Shown here: piece after piece, positions 42,099-42,792 of the stretch
Numbering within the stretch: position 1 is the stretch's first letter
Layout: every line of letters starts with the position of its first letter
DNA from: a virus
Strand: one strand, 5' to 3'
IMG/VR virus record: IMGVR_UViG_3300047335_000010
Span: 1 to 42,792 of that record
Length of the DNA: 42,792 nucleotides
Notes under the pieces: model-generated
The model's database searches: none
The model's input: only the letters and a program-made list of their open reading frames with translations
What the model was told of the DNA's origin: nothing
Made by a program: the position numbers and the translations under genes

Positions 42099-42792
42099 AT
42101 GATTACCGCCGCAGAGTTTCTGACGTTATGTAGTGTATTTAATGTAAAAATTGGCGGCGGATCGATCTCGATTCCCGTCTCGATGGGGCAAGGCGGTACG
42201 GGCGCGGTATTAAGCCCGAGCGCAGGAAGCCTGCTTGTATCCGGGGCGAGTCATGCGTCATTACTTCCGACTAGCCCGTTCGGCTTGCTCGCAACAGATG
42301 GCAGCGGCAATCCTTCGATCACTAACTCGTTACCGTCCGGGTTATCAATTCCCGGCTATCTCGCCCTGAGCGGCGGGACGATGACCGGTAACCTTATTTT
42401 AAACGGCGATCCCACCAATCCGTTACAAGCGGCGACGATGCAATACGTTCAGAGTATTGGGACGGGCTTCACGCCGTTAGGTTCCGTCTATGCCGCGTCA
42501 ACCGCGAATCTTACCGGGTGGACATACACAAACGGGTCGAGTGGTGTGGGAGCGCAATTGACCGCGCCCGGCAATGGCGTTTATACAACTGACGGGACAA
42601 CACCCCCGCTAAATAGTTTTATTTTATATAAAGACGATACGACCTATTCGAGCGTGGCGAACGGTATTTATCAACTCACAACAAGTGACAGTGGCGACCG
42701 GGCGGTACTGACCCGTGCGACCTATTACGATACTCCCGCACAAATTAAACCCGGTACGCTCGTTAGTATCGAGAATGGAAACGTGAATGCCG
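42099..42792 (+). CDS. Tail fibre protein, 5' part (continues through the terminal repeat into 83..2838)
   Basis: ATG at 42099 after AAGGA. The frame stays open to the end of the window and is in phase with frame 1 at base 1. Contains the classic fibre motif LSGGTMTGNLILNGDPTNPLQAATMQYV. Confidence 0.8.
   Translation, partial: MITAAEFLTLCSVFNVKIGGGSISIPVSMGQGGTGAVLSPSAGSLLVSGASHASLLPTSPFGLLATDGSGNPSITNSLPSGLSIPGYLALSGGTMTGNLILNGDPTNPLQAATMQYVQSIGTGFTPLGSVYAASTANLTGWTYTNGSSGVGAQLTAPGNGVYTTDGTTPPLNSFILYKDDTTYSSVANGIYQLTTSDSGDRAVLTRATYYDTPAQIKPGTLVSIENGNVNA
42711..42792. repeat. Terminal direct repeat, copy 2 (identical to 1..82)
   Basis: Same 82-nt string as the start of the window. Confidence 0.95.

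Noticed and set aside
1-42792. An integrase/att-based lysogeny module
   Set aside because: No ORF on either strand shows tyrosine recombinase (R..H.xR..Y) or serine recombinase features. The only Xis-like HTH (39710..39913) stands alone next to the iterons. A sensitive HMM search is still needed to be sure.

Overview
The window is a complete, circularly closed dsDNA phage genome. The first 82 bp are identical to the last 82 bp, so the unique length is about 42,710 bp, and closing the circle re-joins one long tail-fibre gene. Gene content indicates a contractile-tailed (myovirus-type) phage of a Gram-negative host.

The rightward late block runs about 40.6 kb -> junction -> 24.6 kb:
- terS-like gene and three tail-fibre genes
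- terL, DUF1073-type portal, Mu-F-like head morphogenesis protein, DUF2213-like scaffold/protease and DUF2184-like capsid protein
- connector proteins, DUF3383-like sheath, tube, chaperone pair with a T7 -1 frameshift site, and tape measure
- baseplate (hub, Gp138-type spike, gp25-like, J-like, DUF2612-like) and a collar-domain fibre
- a full lysis cassette: GH108 endolysin, holin, i-spanin and o-spanin

Next comes a visibly AT-richer cassette of small unknown genes plus a ParA / ribbon-helix-helix pair (24.8-27.3 kb).

The leftward early operon (34.4 -> 27.3 kb) carries a DUF2800-like nuclease, two DUF551 genes, a gp2.5/DUF2815-like SSB and a family A DNA polymerase. The rightward early operon (34.5 -> 39.4 kb) carries an SF2 helicase, a VRR-NUC nuclease, a mini-TetR HTH protein and a prim-pol + SF3 helicase.

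No integrase, tRNA, CRISPR array or reverse transcriptase was seen.

Most interesting observations:
1. Partition genes, a dense GGCCGGTAT iteron field around an AT-only unwinding element, and no integrase together suggest a phage-plasmid.
2. A helically phased 21-bp x5 array lies just upstream of a terS gene that is separated from terL by the fibre module.
3. Three homologous promoter-operator elements (TATTG-N10-CAATA fused to TTGAC -35 boxes) lie on the early operons. One forms a face-to-face divergent switch with a probably leaderless helicase mRNA. Another sits directly upstream of an intrinsic terminator.
4. A roughly 60-aa module is inserted into four different tail proteins: sheath, baseplate J, DUF2612 protein and fibre.

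All family assignments come from motif recognition by eye, not from database searches.
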